Position numbers and translations under genes: made by a program
The notes under the pieces: generated by a model
What the model saw: the letters and a program-made list of their open reading frames with translations, nothing else
Told to the model about the DNA's origin: nothing
The model's database searches: none
Assembly (NCBI GenBank): GCA_030141605.1
Contig: JAQGDQ010000004.1
Span: 930,001 to 994,000 of the forward strand
Source of the DNA: Tubiluchus corallicola
Taxonomy: Eukaryota > Animalia > Priapulida
DNA: 64,000 nucleotides
Reading direction: 5' to 3'
Shown here: positions 47,845 through 62,700 of the stretch, piece after piece
How positions within the stretch are numbered: position 1 is the first letter of the stretch
How the letters are laid out: every line of letters begins with the position of its first letter

Positions 47845-50204
47845 TGAAAAATGGCCACTTTTTGATATGGTAATTGTAAATAGTAAAATTGCTACATTAA
47901 TTTAAGTTGTTGTGAGCTAAGCAGTGTATAGATGCAGAGCGATACCTTTACTTGGTGCCTCCTTATTTCAAAGAAACATTTTCTTTACTTACTATACTAG
48001 TAGCAGTCTTTCAAAAAGATCTTTGGTCGGCATTTTGAACATTTAGCAGAATCGTCTTATTGTTGTTTTAAAATGTGTTTTGTTTCAAATGTTTTCAGTC
48101 AGCTGATAACTTTTGGACCAAAGATGCACAAGAAAGTGTATGTGCGTAAGACCCATTTTAGTAGACAAGATTAGATTTTACTCAATGTTAAGTGCCCTTT
48201 AGATGAATTCAGGCTTCCTATATTTTCTTGAATTTGTTACTGTAAGATGTAGTGTTCCTATATTTTACAAGGCTGGCCCATTGTCACCATAGTGCAGTTT
48301 AACCACCATGACAAGTCGCCTTATCCTAGCTAAGCTTCATCTGATACTAGGGTTATTAAGATGCAAATTGCTTCAACAGGTCAACAGTGAACTAATTTTG
48401 CCTTACATACTTGGCAAGTGCTGTTGATCAAAAAGTAAATGTCAGGTAGATAAAAACAAATATTGATAAATCAAGCAGGTAAAAAATGTCAGTACAGACG
48501 TCTTGTTTATAATGTCTCACATTAAGTTTTACTGTAAAATAAAAATTTTAACACAACACATTATAATACATACCCACTTACAGCTGTACAGAGTTATAAA
48601 TTGAAAACAAAACAACTAAAATATGGAAGTTTGATATATAATAATAATATAATAATAATGAGTAGGGAGATAGTAGACTGTACATTAACACACTTATAAC
48701 ATCCGATATGAGACCATATGGAAGTTTTCTCTAGATTAAAAGACCAAGTGTTACGAAATACATGTGTGAAAACTATAATTTTTCATCTCTATAGCTACTG
48801 TAGTTGAGGCAAAACAACATTAATTTGAAAGCAATATAAGCAAAACTGTAAAATGGATCATACTTTGTAGTACTTGCAAGTATTTGGAGACTGTTTCTCA
48901 GATGTAACTCTTGCAAGACAGTGGTTCTTCACTTCCATTCAAATGCTGTTAAGACATGTAATTATAAAGAATGGCCCAGTATTATTAACAATATGTCTTT
49001 AAACATCAGCATTTCTTAACAAACTCGGTCCGAGCCAAGACACAGCTCTAAAGTTTTGTACCTGCTTCTAGCCCTGGCTGCGATGTGTGAATTTTCGTAT
49101 TCTTATCAAATGAAAATGTGCTGTGCTAGTATTTTAAGCTGCACAAGCCTCTTATTTAAACCCCAAACTTAATAAACAGAAATATACTCTAACTGCAAAA
49201 GAAACAGCGAATTACTTTAAACAAAAAAAGATGCCAACTGATGGCATTGTCCAGAAAAAACAAAAACAAATGTACATCACATAAAACGTAGCCTGGTAAT
49301 CCAATACCATGTCATAATCTAGACTACAGACATTTAGAGAACTAGTACTATTTAATGAAGTCTTCCACACTTGGGGGATTTGCTATGACTAGAAATAACA
49401 GTGTGGGACACAAAACTTCAAGTTCGTCACCTTAACATCAGCACACATTAGTTAAGTAATCACTACATACACTTGTCAAACTGTAATGATCAAATACAAG
49501 TTTGTCATTATCTGACATTCCAGTTAATTTACATAATTTTTAGAAACTTACAAAGTTATTCTACATGTATAACAGAATTTGTACAAACTAATCTACTTGA
49601 ATGGTTAACACCAAACATGACTGGAGTTAACAATAACAGGTCACAATACTGAATACCTTACGTGGTAGTACATAGTAACACCTCGGACTGATCGAATAAT
49701 ATTAGTCCTACAAAATATGTTTCTGAAACTTGCCTTTGAAATAACTGAAGTATTATCTACCTATCTGTATTTGATTTATGAATTCCAAGCAATATTTTTT
49801 TGTAGGAACATGCTTGCAATTTTGAGTTATCGTGGCATTAGAGTAAATGCGAAACATGACCAAAATTAAATTATGGCTATGATTTATTTAACCAGATGAA
49901 AGTTGTTGTTAAAAGTCAAACCAACCTGTCTCTGTTGCTGGCTAATTTTCCGTCAGCCAGGTTTATTTTATTATCTCCTAACCTTCATCACAGATTATGT
50001 TCCTTGATTCAGATATTCCTTATTCACAAAACATGAAAAAACTGTCCAGCCAATTAATGACTCTTGATCCATATCAATTGCTGTTCACATACATTTGGGT
50101 AGGAAGCAAAAAATGACAAATTTTTAACAGCCTGTAAATAATTTGCTACGGCTATGTGTATTTCAATTCTGAATTGCTTGAGACTTCACCAGAGCAATAT
50201 CAAA

Positions 50205-53200
50205 TCAACGAGATGTCTCAGATCCATTAGAACTTCTATTTTCCGCCACCGGGGTTGCAGATCGTGAAGCTGATGACCGTGATGATGTCACTGAATCAGC
50301 AGGGCTTGTTGTGGCTGGACAAGTAGTTGCCGTAGATGTTGCTGTTGATGTCGCTGCTTCTAAATGCTGTCCACATACCTTATGATGATTTTCCCAGTCC
50401 TTGTGTTGGCAAAACGGACCGCAATATCTGGCAGTATTACAACCACTACAAGTCTCACTTGCTTTACGACCACAATTCCAGCAATTCTATAACAACACAT
50501 GAAATGACATAAATAGTTGTAAATTTTTTTATTTATGGAGACAGTTAAATTCTATACATATGCTAAAGTTAGTGGAACAAATGTATGGCATGGCTGAAAT
50601 GAATTTAAGACTTGACTAAGTGTGAAAAAAGTTTTTTTAAACATGTTGAAAATAAAATTATAAAATAATAAACACAACAACATATGACAAAATTTTGATT
50701 ACTGCAAAGTATAAGCCACATGTGGAATTAACTAACTGCTACCCCGATTTAATAATTAATATTTAAAATTAATTCAATGGTAAACACACGTCGAGTTGTA
50801 AGTGTACTGTATGGTTAAATTGTGTTGCAAAACAGATGTATGAAACCTATTAGTACTTGTGATGAGTTGAGACGACATCAATAGATAGGAATTACTTACA
50901 CGCACCTCACTCGTATCCTCCTGATGATTAATTGCAGAGAGAGCATCTTCTGCTGCCTCGCGACGTGCCTGTTCTATTGCACGTTCCATTTTTGCTCGTT
51001 CCTTGCCAATCACGTCATTTGCATTCTGTTCGGCAGCCTGAACAGCTTTTTGAAGCTCGGCAACTGCCTGCCTTTTCACCTCATTTATAGCCTCCTCTGA
51101 AAAAAATCATTTCAAATACTATGAAGTTGCAAAATCATTTGTACACCTCTCAACTGGAAAACATGTAGCTGAATGATTTTGTAAAAAATTCAAATATCAC
51201 AATACTGTAATTTACCTGCTCTCTTTTTTACATCAATTTCTGCACCCTCTGCCCTTCTACGTGCCCACAGAGTCAGTTCTTCCCGATCTTGAATAGCTCT
51301 GTGTTGCAGTACTGCAAGTGTTCGTTTTGTCCGCTCCACCATGTCAATAATGCAATTTAACATCTGAAAAAATGAATGTGTACAATATTTTTCTTCTTAC
51401 TTAGTATTACAAATTATACACTTTGTCTCGTTTTTATAGACTGATTGTATGGAACATTACACTTCATATTATTGAGCTGCTTTACACAAAAAAACATACT
51501 CTAAACTTACTGAATCTACTTGTCTCCAGTCATCTTCTACTCTTAACTCTCTATCAGGATATAATCTATTTTCTCGTTCCCTCTGCTCCCGCGATAAATT
51601 AATGTCCTCCAGTCGAAGCGGTCCGGATAAATGCTGAGGGACACCACCAGGTGAGACACGGGGAAGACTCGGACTAATTGGATGCAATCTTTTTGCTGGG
51701 TGCATGTGTTCATTGTTATAGTTATTAACAGTAACACCATTCTCTTTCGTCCTAGAAAACAATTTTTATAAAATCAGCCATAAATAAAAAAATAGATTTG
51801 TATAAACTGTTACTATTGTTTGAAGGTAGAAATATCTTGATACATACTAAAAGGAGAACATAAGTACATAAAAGAACAAGAATACAGTACATTATAACTG
51901 TATTGTTACTGCTGATATGTAAAGATGTGCTTGCTTTGTGATACATTTTACTATTGTAGTTATGTAGCAGTTGCCTAAGGGAAATACATAAGAGCATTTT
52001 AAAAACATAAACATCTATAAGTAAAAAGAAAAACTTTCATAGCAACTTTAATTTTGCGAACTAGCCCTATTTTACTTCTAAATTACAGATTAAATACCTC
52101 TCTGGAGAAGCTTTTCGCTTTCCATTTTCATTCAGTTCTGGAGAGATGAGGTCTCCTGATTCATGTTGTGGAGAACCACGAGTTGCTAGCAACACATGCT
52201 CATTTTGACTGAGGTACTGTGCAGGTGTTTGCTTTGCCATTCGTGCACAATGCAACAATTCTCTCTGCAGCAACGGCAGATTAGCCTGAAAGAAAAGCAC
52301 CCTGTCTTATGCCACTGATCCTGGCAACAGAAATCAAAATAATAGTGTTCCATATAAATTACACATAGACAGGAAATATCCCAAGCATCCTGGTTAAACA
52401 AAACCCCTGAAATCACAAGTGAACAGCTTTACCAACTTTACCACAAGAAAGGCAGCAAGTCTGTGCTAAAAACAACATAAACAGCCTAGCACAAACTGCA
52501 CACTGAGGGCAAATAACCTGCCAAGGACAGGCATTTTATTGTTAGTTGCATTAGTTTAGCAGTCACTACAGTAAGCACTAGACTGTGCTGCCCCTGTGAC
52601 AAACTTTTATTAAGAATACCGGACATGTAGGCTAACGTAAAGCTGTGTTCACACAGTGTAAATTTTAGAAGTTAGTTAAGCTGTGCTACCTGGACTTAAT
52701 GAAATTGACCCCAGGCAACTTGGCATCATGTAAAAGTCAGATATTTGCTGACTGCAACTTGCCAGCAAATACCTAACTGATCCAACTAATCAATAATTAC
52801 CTTTAAAAATGGTATAACAAACGGTCTTAGAGGAAAATTAGTAGCTTCCTGAAGTTTTGAGTGAAAGTCTTCAATCGAGATTGTGGAATTCTGTAAAAAA
52901 ACGTGTAGTTATTTTATTATAAACCAATAAGAATTGATTGTATTTTAGTTTGCATAGAAAAATAACTAATGATGCTGTTAAATGCTTCATTATCATTATT
53001 TTGCTAGTTATCCTAAATGACACTAATGATACTGCTGACTAATAACGTACTTCTGATGTACCCATTGATGTAAGCTGTAAGCTTGCAAGTTTGATATTGA
53101 AGCTCTATGGGCAATTAAGATTAAACTTTACCGAGTGCTTTGTAAACAGCAATAATGTAACAGCGATATTTGATTATTTTGCCATTAAGGCTATTGGCAT

Positions 53201-54249
53201 GCAAATGTATCAGTTGGTGATTTATGTTAGTCAGTAACGTATCACAGAAACAGGTTTGCTGGTTATAACTGAACTGGTTGGTATTTACAACAGTTGCATA
53301 ATCACAGTCAGGTAGGTGATTTACTGATTGAGTTTACTAAGGGTACTTTTATTTTCCTCAGGTAAAACTAATTATATATGCCACTTTTGCTCTTTGCTTT
53401 AATTCTTTGCTCCTCATTACACCTGGCGCAGACAGAAGACTGGGACAGGTGTGGACGCATTGACAGTGAGGTTTGATCCAGATGACCTGTAGTTATAGTC
53501 TGAGTATTGTTTCTAAGCACAATAGTGACAGGGTCACTTACCTCACCTTATAATTATGTACTTCGGTGGTGACAATTAAGGCATGGCGTTAAAACCTTCC
53601 CATTAGCTGGTTTGATGACCACATTCTAAAAGTCTGTTATTATGAAGCAATTATTGTCTGTAATAGTTTAAAAATGTGATTTACCACTAATCCTAAAACC
53701 AAACTTCGAACTCGCTCGCCGATTTCTGGTGATATATCGGAGCCAAACTGCTGCAAGGTAGTAAGAAATCGCTTGAGTTTGCTAAGTTGCCTTGCACCGC
53801 AAGCTGGTGGCAAAGCTTGCTGAGACTGACCGTCATGCGGAGACGGTGTGCGACCGTTAACACTGCCATGTGGTGAATGTATACTTCCGTTCATAACTGA
53901 AAAAGGACGAGCACATAATTAATATAATATGCATGTCCTCCAACTTTTTCAGGTAATATTAAGGAACTTCGCTGAATATTTAAAAACACGGCTTTATGAA
54001 AAAAATTAACGATCCGTATGTACATTGCAAACAAAGAATCACTATAACGATAAGCCATAGCAAAAAACATGTCGGATACCCCATATATTTAAACTTGGGT
54101 ATGTACTGTTTCGTTTATTGAACAATTAAACAATCAAACCTGGTATTTAAATTTAAAGAAGTACCTGAACTACTAGTAGAAGCTGGACGTGGCATGGCTG
54201 CGACTGTGGGAGACGTCTGTGCAGGCTTAGTTTCTGGAGAGTCAGGCAT
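50205..54249 (-). CDS. ETO/MTG8/nervy-family transcriptional co-repressor (CBFA2T), at least 478 aa; the true N-terminal exon may lie upstream
   Basis: Exons 54266(ATG 54249)-54165, 53896-53685, 52890-52801, 52285-52098, 51751-51511, 51363-51216, 51096-50906, 50486-50205. NHR1/TAFH: [64 protein letters not shown]2: [26 protein letters not shown]3: [23 protein letters not shown] finger: [37 protein letters not shown]. Confidence 0.96.
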
Positions 54250-56429
54250 GTTGTTCTCACGGCATTCTGAAATAAAAAGCATTGATAAGCAAAATAAACA
54301 CACTTGTCACTGGGAAAGTAGAAACAAAATGAGATCACTTATCTGTCCTGTCATTAATCATTGACAATAATGTAGGAAATAATATTCTCTGCAGACTGCT
54401 TCTCAATGTGAACAAGTGCTCATTTGTAAATTATAATAAAACAACTATCAAGCACGTTACACCTTCAAACAAATGATAATTTTAATTACTCAACGGTGCC
54501 CCACAATCATTGAAACAAAGCTGTGTATGTCGCATTTTAGGTACTTTTTACTGATCATGCAAACAGTCATTACCAACACATCTCAGTAATCTACTGAGAT
54601 TAAAAAAAGTTAAATTTAAAAATTCTCATCATATGTTTTGCGCATACCACGTAAAACGCGAATGACATTTTCTGATAAGGGTGTTTTAAACAAATTAGAA
54701 TTTAGGTTCTACAACCCACATTAGAATCACCAGTGAAATAAATAAATCAAAGTTTATTTCAAGATAAAATCATGATCAAAATCATGTTTAATTTTAGCAT
54801 GGGTGTAATTATAATAAATATGCACAAAACCTTATGTGTTCATAATCTAACTTAACTAATCCTAATAACCTCGAGAAAAACAACATATTACGAAGAAACA
54901 AACCGGACCTTAAATGTACCATATGTTGCAAGACTGTATTATGAAACTGAAAAAAATGTGGAACCAACGATGATCAAGTAAAAGTTGGCAATCTGCTATC
55001 ATCCATGCTTCAGCTGCATTCTGCTTGTGATTACTGATACATATGGCAGCCATTGAATGTCCAGCCAAAGCAGATGATACACACATGTCAATAACAACGT
55101 GGGAAACATCTACAAAAAACATTAATGTGGGATAGGCTTAATGTTCCACACTCCGTGTGATGCAGTACTTATACACCCACCAAAGACACATTAGCAGAGA
55201 AATAATCCGAAATGACTTGTACCAATTTAAGCTTCATTAATGCGGCTTTCTAGATGATTCACTAATCTGATGACAATTAGACAGTCACAAAGTAGTTCAC
55301 TTATATAATTAAAAATGTTATTCTCACGCTCACTACTTGTTGAATGTCGATCAAATGTTCAGCAAAATATCGATTATTTGAAATAATTAAAATGGAGAAC
55401 ATTTGACTGAAATATTAACTGTTAGATTAGAACTCAATTAAAAATTAATGTAAACCTGTATTGCTGATATCGCACCTTCGCAACTTTGAGTTCACCAAAA
55501 CCTTCAACGTCTGACTGAACTACAAGCACCGTATCAACTGAAATTTTTGAATGTGGTCACAACTGTCACTGCTTTTCGAGAAATTGGAGGAGGAATCGGT
55601 GCTGTCAAATGCACATGAAAGAAAAAGTTATGGAAAGCGATGAGAAATTTTTTGTCTCTTCTTTGCGCAATATTACAAAGTAACTTAGCCTTTGTGGTGT
55701 AAAGTATTGTACAGAACCGAAAAGTTAGCTCATAACTAAATCCTAAACATAAGTGCTAAAAGTAGTGAATTTATTGCAAAACCAACGCAAAGCAAAACCA
55801 ACAGTTCCAATTTTTGGCACAAACGTTTGTGAAACGTCAGACTAAGCACCCAACACTGCAACATAACCTAACATTCACTTTGCCGAAAATTATTAGAAAA
55901 CGCAGCTGTCTACAATCACTGTCCCGGTTCCCGTGAGTCCCGTGAGAAAAGAATCAGGTTGAAAAGACCTATTCTAACTGATTATCAGCGTCCTGTCTTG
56001 TTTCTCGCACTAGGATATGTTACTGCAGCTGAACAATCACACAGTAATTAGAACGCCGAGGCACATGCACCGTTGAATGATAAATTTCGTCTAATACATA
56101 TAATAATTATGTGATTGTTCTTATGCACAAGCCTTCGACTTTGTCTGTCCTGAAGATAGTTACAGTACATGCGATACACTCATTCTGCTATTTTTTTTCA
56201 ATCAACTGTTTAAAGTCTATCGATCTGAGACTGTTTGAGCTAATAATTGGCATTTCAGCTTAGGCCTAACCACAGTTAAGCCGTAATAACGTTAATCTCA
56301 GGCTATGGGGGCACTCTTTTGGGTCAGTTTGTGTGAAGTCTGGCATGTGACTAGTTAATAACGCAAATAACAAGTGCACTAACGTTTTCAAAATGCCATC
56401 AAGCAGGTCAAGCCATTGGAAGCTAAACC

Positions 56430-56730
56430 GTCCCACAGTGACCACCTGTTCATAGCTAACCCTCAACCGTCTCTTTTAAGGGTCCATTGTGAGTGGGCCG
56501 TTAGGCAGCTGCGTAGTTTGTCCTGGCACGTGGCAACAGCAGCATGCGCGTCCAAGGTTCCCACCTGACAGACCTGAGATAAACAAACAGCAGAAGGTGC
56601 ATTTCCATAATCCTGCTCTTGCATGACTCCAAGAACAATAGAGAACACAAAGACTTGGAAGGAGGATATGAAATCTGTGTAGACAAGGCACGTGTCAGTA
56701 AAATAAAAGCACATGAAACCCATGTGCCTG
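56430..56730. promoter_or_regulatory. Candidate enhancer of the ETO/nervy gene: E-box cluster plus a CSL/Su(H) site
   Basis: CACCTG 56443, GCAGCTGC 56505, CACGTG 56527, TTCCCAC 56558 overlapping CACCTG 56562, CACGTG 56689 and CATGTG 56721, all within about 290 bp of raised GC. Confidence 0.4.
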
Positions 56731-59700
56731 GAATCTGTTGTGTTTTAATATATAATTATTAAAATAGAATAAATACTAAATTTGTTTGCTTCTGATTTTA
56801 ATATAATACTAATTTAATGCATTTAAACTCACATCTTACTAACTGTGCCATCGTTTTCTATTTTTCCATTTGTGCAATTTTTAACATGCCATTTTTTCCT
56901 GTGACATTCATTCTATTTCACTATGCGCCAGTTTGTCACTGCCTACGTAGCGTAGTCTTGCATAGACTCCTCATTTCACAAATTATCTTACTTAGTCAGA
57001 TTAGACTCAACGGATTCTCTTACAACCATAGAGGACGCAGGTGAAACGCTCTACAACCAAAATTAAGCAGAGTAATATATCTTTGAATAACACCTGGCTA
57101 CTAGCAGAATAAATAGTTTTGTGTTCAGTTGGAAAATGAACGAGAGTTTTTCTAAACTTACTACAGATGTTTTTCTAGCAAACTCCTCCACTATGAAACA
57201 TGAAGTCTCAAAGAAAACACTTCTACCTGTTATTCAGAGAAGATAAAATTTTCTAAAAAAAAGGAAAAGGTAATTCGCATTACAAGCCTTCACGTTCAAG
57301 GCTGAAAAATTGTCCAAAATTGGAGGGCTTTTACATGCGTCATAATTACGATCCATTAAGAAAGGAGTCCTGATTGCCAGGCACTGACCTGTAGCGTTGC
57401 ACACATTTCACAATTGTTTCTTCTGCAGTTCTCTTTTCTGTTTCAACCACTATAACAACTTGATACAATTACTTAAAATGACACCTAATTACTTCACCTT
57501 TTACCTACTAACATTTTAACTACTAGCTGCCTCTAATTATATCATTCAATTTACACTACCAACAATTATATAAAAAACGAAAGCTGCTCACAGATGCAGA
57601 AAATGTTTCGCGTAACTTCAAAACTGTGCATACACTTTCCTAAATTCTCCATTTCAAAAATGTCTCTACTACCCTAGTTCATCCACACGACTCGAGCTTC
57701 ACTACCAGCAAAATGTAGAACACCTATAATGACGGCCATCGTTTCGTGTGGTCTGTTAACTGCAACAGACATTATTCATGGTATATTAAAAATATTTATT
57801 ACTGCTAAAGGTTACTTTCACGTGTATATATAGAGAGTAACAGGTGGCAGTTCTAATGTTACTTTAATCGCTGAACTAAACATTCATTATAGCCACATGC
57901 GCACACCAATCAATCATATCAACTCTTTTCCACAGCTAGGATTTATAGCGCTGAATTAAAGCCTTTTAATGATCTCTTAGCCTCTAAAATTTAAACCGAA
58001 GTATAAACCCTCGATCAGAACTTTGATGAGTGTCAGCGAAGCGAATGTAGCGATCCTACTGGGAAATTAGGAAAGGTAAGGTATTACATAAAATGGATTT
58101 TCTTCGTTTCGTTTTGTATGCAATAAGCATGCGCTAAAACACCAAAAATACGCTATTCGAAGACTAACCAAATATAAAAAGACGATTGTGTGATATCAAA
58201 ACACCTAGGCATCATAAATCTGACTAATGCAATTTATCTTTAGAAATTGTTGTAATCTTTTGAATCACCTTGAGTAACCATGAAACGATTGGCGGCAAAA
58301 ACAGAATGTCTAACAATAGAGAGGGGCTAGTTATTTATTTACAGTTTGATCTGTGATACCAGTGTATGCGACTGGTACTGACGCAACACTACTGAGTATG
58401 GTTTCAGTGTAACTGCAGCTGCAACCCTTATGATTAATTGATAATTACGGAGAGGCTGCAGTTCACCACCTGCAGGCCATAGGTTAGTTACTAAGTACTC
58501 ACAGAGCTGGTAAATTTGTACCCTGTCACCCCGTGCGGGAAAGGCTTTATTGAACGACAATACAATAGCTGAAAATATATTCTTCAGAGAGACACAGGAG
58601 GACGGAATGAGGGGGGGCGAGAGAAACAGACAAACAAACAGAAAAAGAAAAGTTATCTGCCTATTGCCAAAAAACCCAACATTCTAGTGTGCCCAATTTG
58701 CTATTCCGACAACGCATCCTCTTTTATTTTATAAGCTACAATTTTTAGTCCAATAACAAGTAAGGATAAAAGGTCAGACGGTAATACTTGCTGTAATTGC
58801 CATGTAGCTGAACTGTCATAATGACCAATCTGCTACTATAATCTTGCCGGAAATCATATCTCGTCCCAATGAATGAACTGCTCGCGGATGAAGCACAGTA
58901 TTCATATTAACAGGCAACCACTCAACATGTGGGCTAAAAACTAGCACTGTTAAATTACAAACAATCACAGTATAGCAATAATTACTAAAACTGATAATTA
59001 ATTCAGCGTGCAATTTTGACTTATTGAGCACCAGGTTTTTTAAACTTCTTGCAGATAGTAAAGAAAGGCGGATGAATTAACTGCATGTTCTATGCTCCCT
59101 TGTCATCCGTCCACCCCCTTAGGAAACAAAGGCAACTGAAATCCGCAAATCTCTATGCCAATGATCAGTCTAATCAGGGAATTATGCCCGGACATATGAA
59201 TGCACAAGAATAATCGCCATGCCTCTATTCAAGAGATCAATGGAATATTAAAACCACATATTGTAGTCTGCATTCTTTTCACCTCGACACAATAAGTGAA
59301 TTGAGCTGACCAACAATGTCTACTCGCCTGGAGCCATAACAATAATCGTAATTACGAACGAAATTCATCTAAAATGTGTTTGACTCTGATTTATACCAGT
59401 ATGACGTGTTCAGCTGCTAAAGTTTTATTAGCAAACGTAATATTAGGATTGTGATCTTAACTGAAGCAAGTTCGGTTAGGATAAAGGGTAGGCCGTGAGA
59501 ATGTACTTTATTTGATAAACGCTTTTCAAAATTTAAATAAAAATTGATACAAAACGTGCGAACTTTTTGATATACGTTTATGTACAATAATTTACAGCAA
59601 TAAAGCAAAAGTGACAAAGTTGCATGCCATGAAAATATTGATTAGTGCACGGAAACACCAATCATCCCTGGATTATGTGGCATATTTTCGCCATGATGTA

Positions 59701-62700
59701 AGATCGTTTTTTACAACGTGGTCACAAAACACTTCCCATGGTTTCACTTTACTGCTTGCTATAGTTCAAGTCAATATTATTTATTTAGTGCCACCATTAC
59801 ACCCAGACTCTGATCTTATAAAACTTTCACACAGTAATGCTTTCAACCGTAAAACAGCACTATCCGGGGAAAACTAATGTACTTAATATTTAATGCCGCA
59901 AATGCAACCGTATAAAGGTGTATTTCTAGCGTCGGCTGAAGCTTACGGAAAGATTTCAATGGCTTCATTTTTGTGGTAAGGAATTACGAGCAGGCAGACA
60001 ATAACGCCAGTGATAAACGGCTGTAAGCCACTGCCACCATTCAGGCAGTCTTATTATTAGTAAGGATATTTTGTAATTAGGGTGAGAACAACGGTAATTT
60101 AACAAGAACTTCACATGTGCAAGCAAAAACGAACGTGCGTCATGTACCGTTATATCTCACACCTGTCTTATTGCCTGGAATAAAGAACAGTTCACCTGGT
60201 CACAACAGCATTAAACAGACTCCTTTAAACCGAAATTATCCACAGTAATAAAAGCGAACACTGTCAGCACCTGGTCCCATTGTTCACTGTTTTAACCTTA
60301 GCTAACTTCTGCATGGACACATGGCGGGCCAGATGTGTATCACTCTCCACACCAAACAGAATTTAGTTTGGATAAAGACAAGAGGACGACATGCTGGTGA
60401 AAACGAAATTGCTAAAGGCACAATGTGTCAGTGTTTGCATACATCTATGGCAAACATGTACGATCACAAATGAGATGTTCAGAGAAGAATGGCTTCTTTA
60501 TTATTAAACTTTACCATGGTTACAAAATGTGAATAAGCGTTGTAGCAATGTGGGTTATTCCACGGTAAAAAGTTATTCTCCTTTATACTACGAAGTGGCA
60601 AGAAACCTGAGGCTTTATTCTAGGATATGTGAATTATTAGAACTGTGCTGCCGTTATATCTGCAATATGTTTTGACACACTTGTAAAACAGATTTAAACA
60701 GAACTAACAGACCAGTATGTTTATTGGCATTGACTCAGCAATTATACACTACACTTTGGTAAAAGCAGTTCACGTTTATGGAAAAGTGTTAATATTGTCA
60801 GGTCCATTACTTAAATGCATCACAAATAAAGTAATTAAAAGGGAAAGTTGACTGCTTTATACGACTTTGTTCACACTACGGCAAATTTATATTTCACACA
60901 TACGGTTTCTTCGCAGGCGCCCACTGACACGGTTTCTTGTAATAGAAGCCTTGGTGCGACGATTGTGGGATATCATTGCTCCGTAGCAGGCTAAATGTTT
61001 ATCCATTGTTTATTTATGTTCAGCCATTTTTGTGCGATGTGTAGCAGAGTGCTAAGTGTATAAATGTGGCTTGTTGCAGCATCGCAATGACATGCGTGCA
61101 GGACAGGGGTGTATCTATGACTTGAAAGCCTGGTCACAGAGCTATTCTTTCAAGATATGTTTCCTAAAAAGAGAATAAACGACCGCAGTATTTCACTTTG
61201 TCCTTAAAGACCTTAAAGATTACGAAGTAGTTTTGCAGTGAAATTAAGACCACCCTCCAGATGTCCGCCCCAGGCAAATGGGAGCCGAGAAAGCATTCAC
61301 AGCATACTAGCATAATGAGACACATCTGCCTTTGACGGATGTATATAGTTATACAGATGGAGGTCGAAAACGTTAGCTTTTTTCTAAACTAATGAACAGC
61401 TGAGAGCCTGATTAAGTGACGAAAATTAACATCTGCGCCTCTACTAAATAAAAGCAATCAGGTAGCACCTATATTAGATTAGTTATAAGAATTATAGATT
61501 TAGCATAACACGATTCTAATTTATACTATGAAAAGTGTTTTAGTCTGTACTAGCAATGACAGTGCTACAATATAAAACAAAAAGAGTGTAGAAACAAATC
61601 TTTTCAATAAAATAATGATATATGACATTATTGCGAAATGCCAAAACATCAATTATGATAACTTGTAAAACAGAATTAACAGACAAGTATATTTATTGGC
61701 ATCGACACAACAATTATGTACTACCCTGACACTAGCGTAGGTCGCGAAATTAGAAAGACTTAAACTGAGTTGTAACATGTCAACGATAGGTGGAAACGCT
61801 GTTAACTGATGCTTCGCTGAGCCGCACTTTGACATTACTATTACACAAAATTAATCAGCTGATACACGACGCCTAGCATTTGCCAGGCGGAGATTGCTAG
61901 TTGCGCGCTAGGCTCGCACCTGAGATGAACGATAAATATTCGTAGAGATGAAGATAGCACTAACTAATAAAACTAGAGCAGATGGTATAAGAGACAGTAA
62001 TTTGCTATTAGCTGAAGTTGAAACCTCTGAACACCGGGATACACAGGCGAGATAACCGCTGAGAAACGGAGAGAAACCAGCCCTATACGATTTCAAGCTA
62101 ACAAAGAAACAGTACTGATTAATGCATGTTTATACTTGTGTGTTTATACTTTAAAAGAAGTTATTGATTTTTATAGTAGAAAAAGGCACCTGATCAAACA
62201 TGTTTTGTAGATGCCTCCAGGGCATTTCAAAGGTTGAATTATTTTAAGTTTTCCAAAATTTATGATCAAACTAATTTGCCTAAAATAATAATTCATCATA
62301 ATAAACTGCAAAAAACTAAGCTAATCACTGTAAAGCCAAAAATTATGAAACATGCAATTTGAAAAAATCGTGTGTACTGAACTTCAATTAAATCTGGTAG
62401 TCAACGAGAAACACCTAAGACACATTTACACAGATTTTGGTATTCATGAAGAAGACATTAAATTGCAAAAATGTTTGTTAGCTGCAAGAGCAAATTATGA
62501 TTTTTCAAAACTTTGGAGAATGCTCCAGAGAAATTAACATTTTGATTTTTAAAACCTATTGCACTTCTATTTATGGAATATCTATATTGAGAAAGTTATT
62601 TCTCAAAAATTACAGGAATATTAAAAACACATATAATAAATATATTAGAAAATTATCCTTGCAGCGCTAGACAAAATGTGTTTAGATTACGAAATCCCTT

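Noticed and set aside
55456-55620. Possible upstream coding exon of the ETO/nervy gene
   Set aside because: No ATG-initiated frame joins the phase-1 acceptor at 54266; it may be a non-coding exon but cannot be supported.
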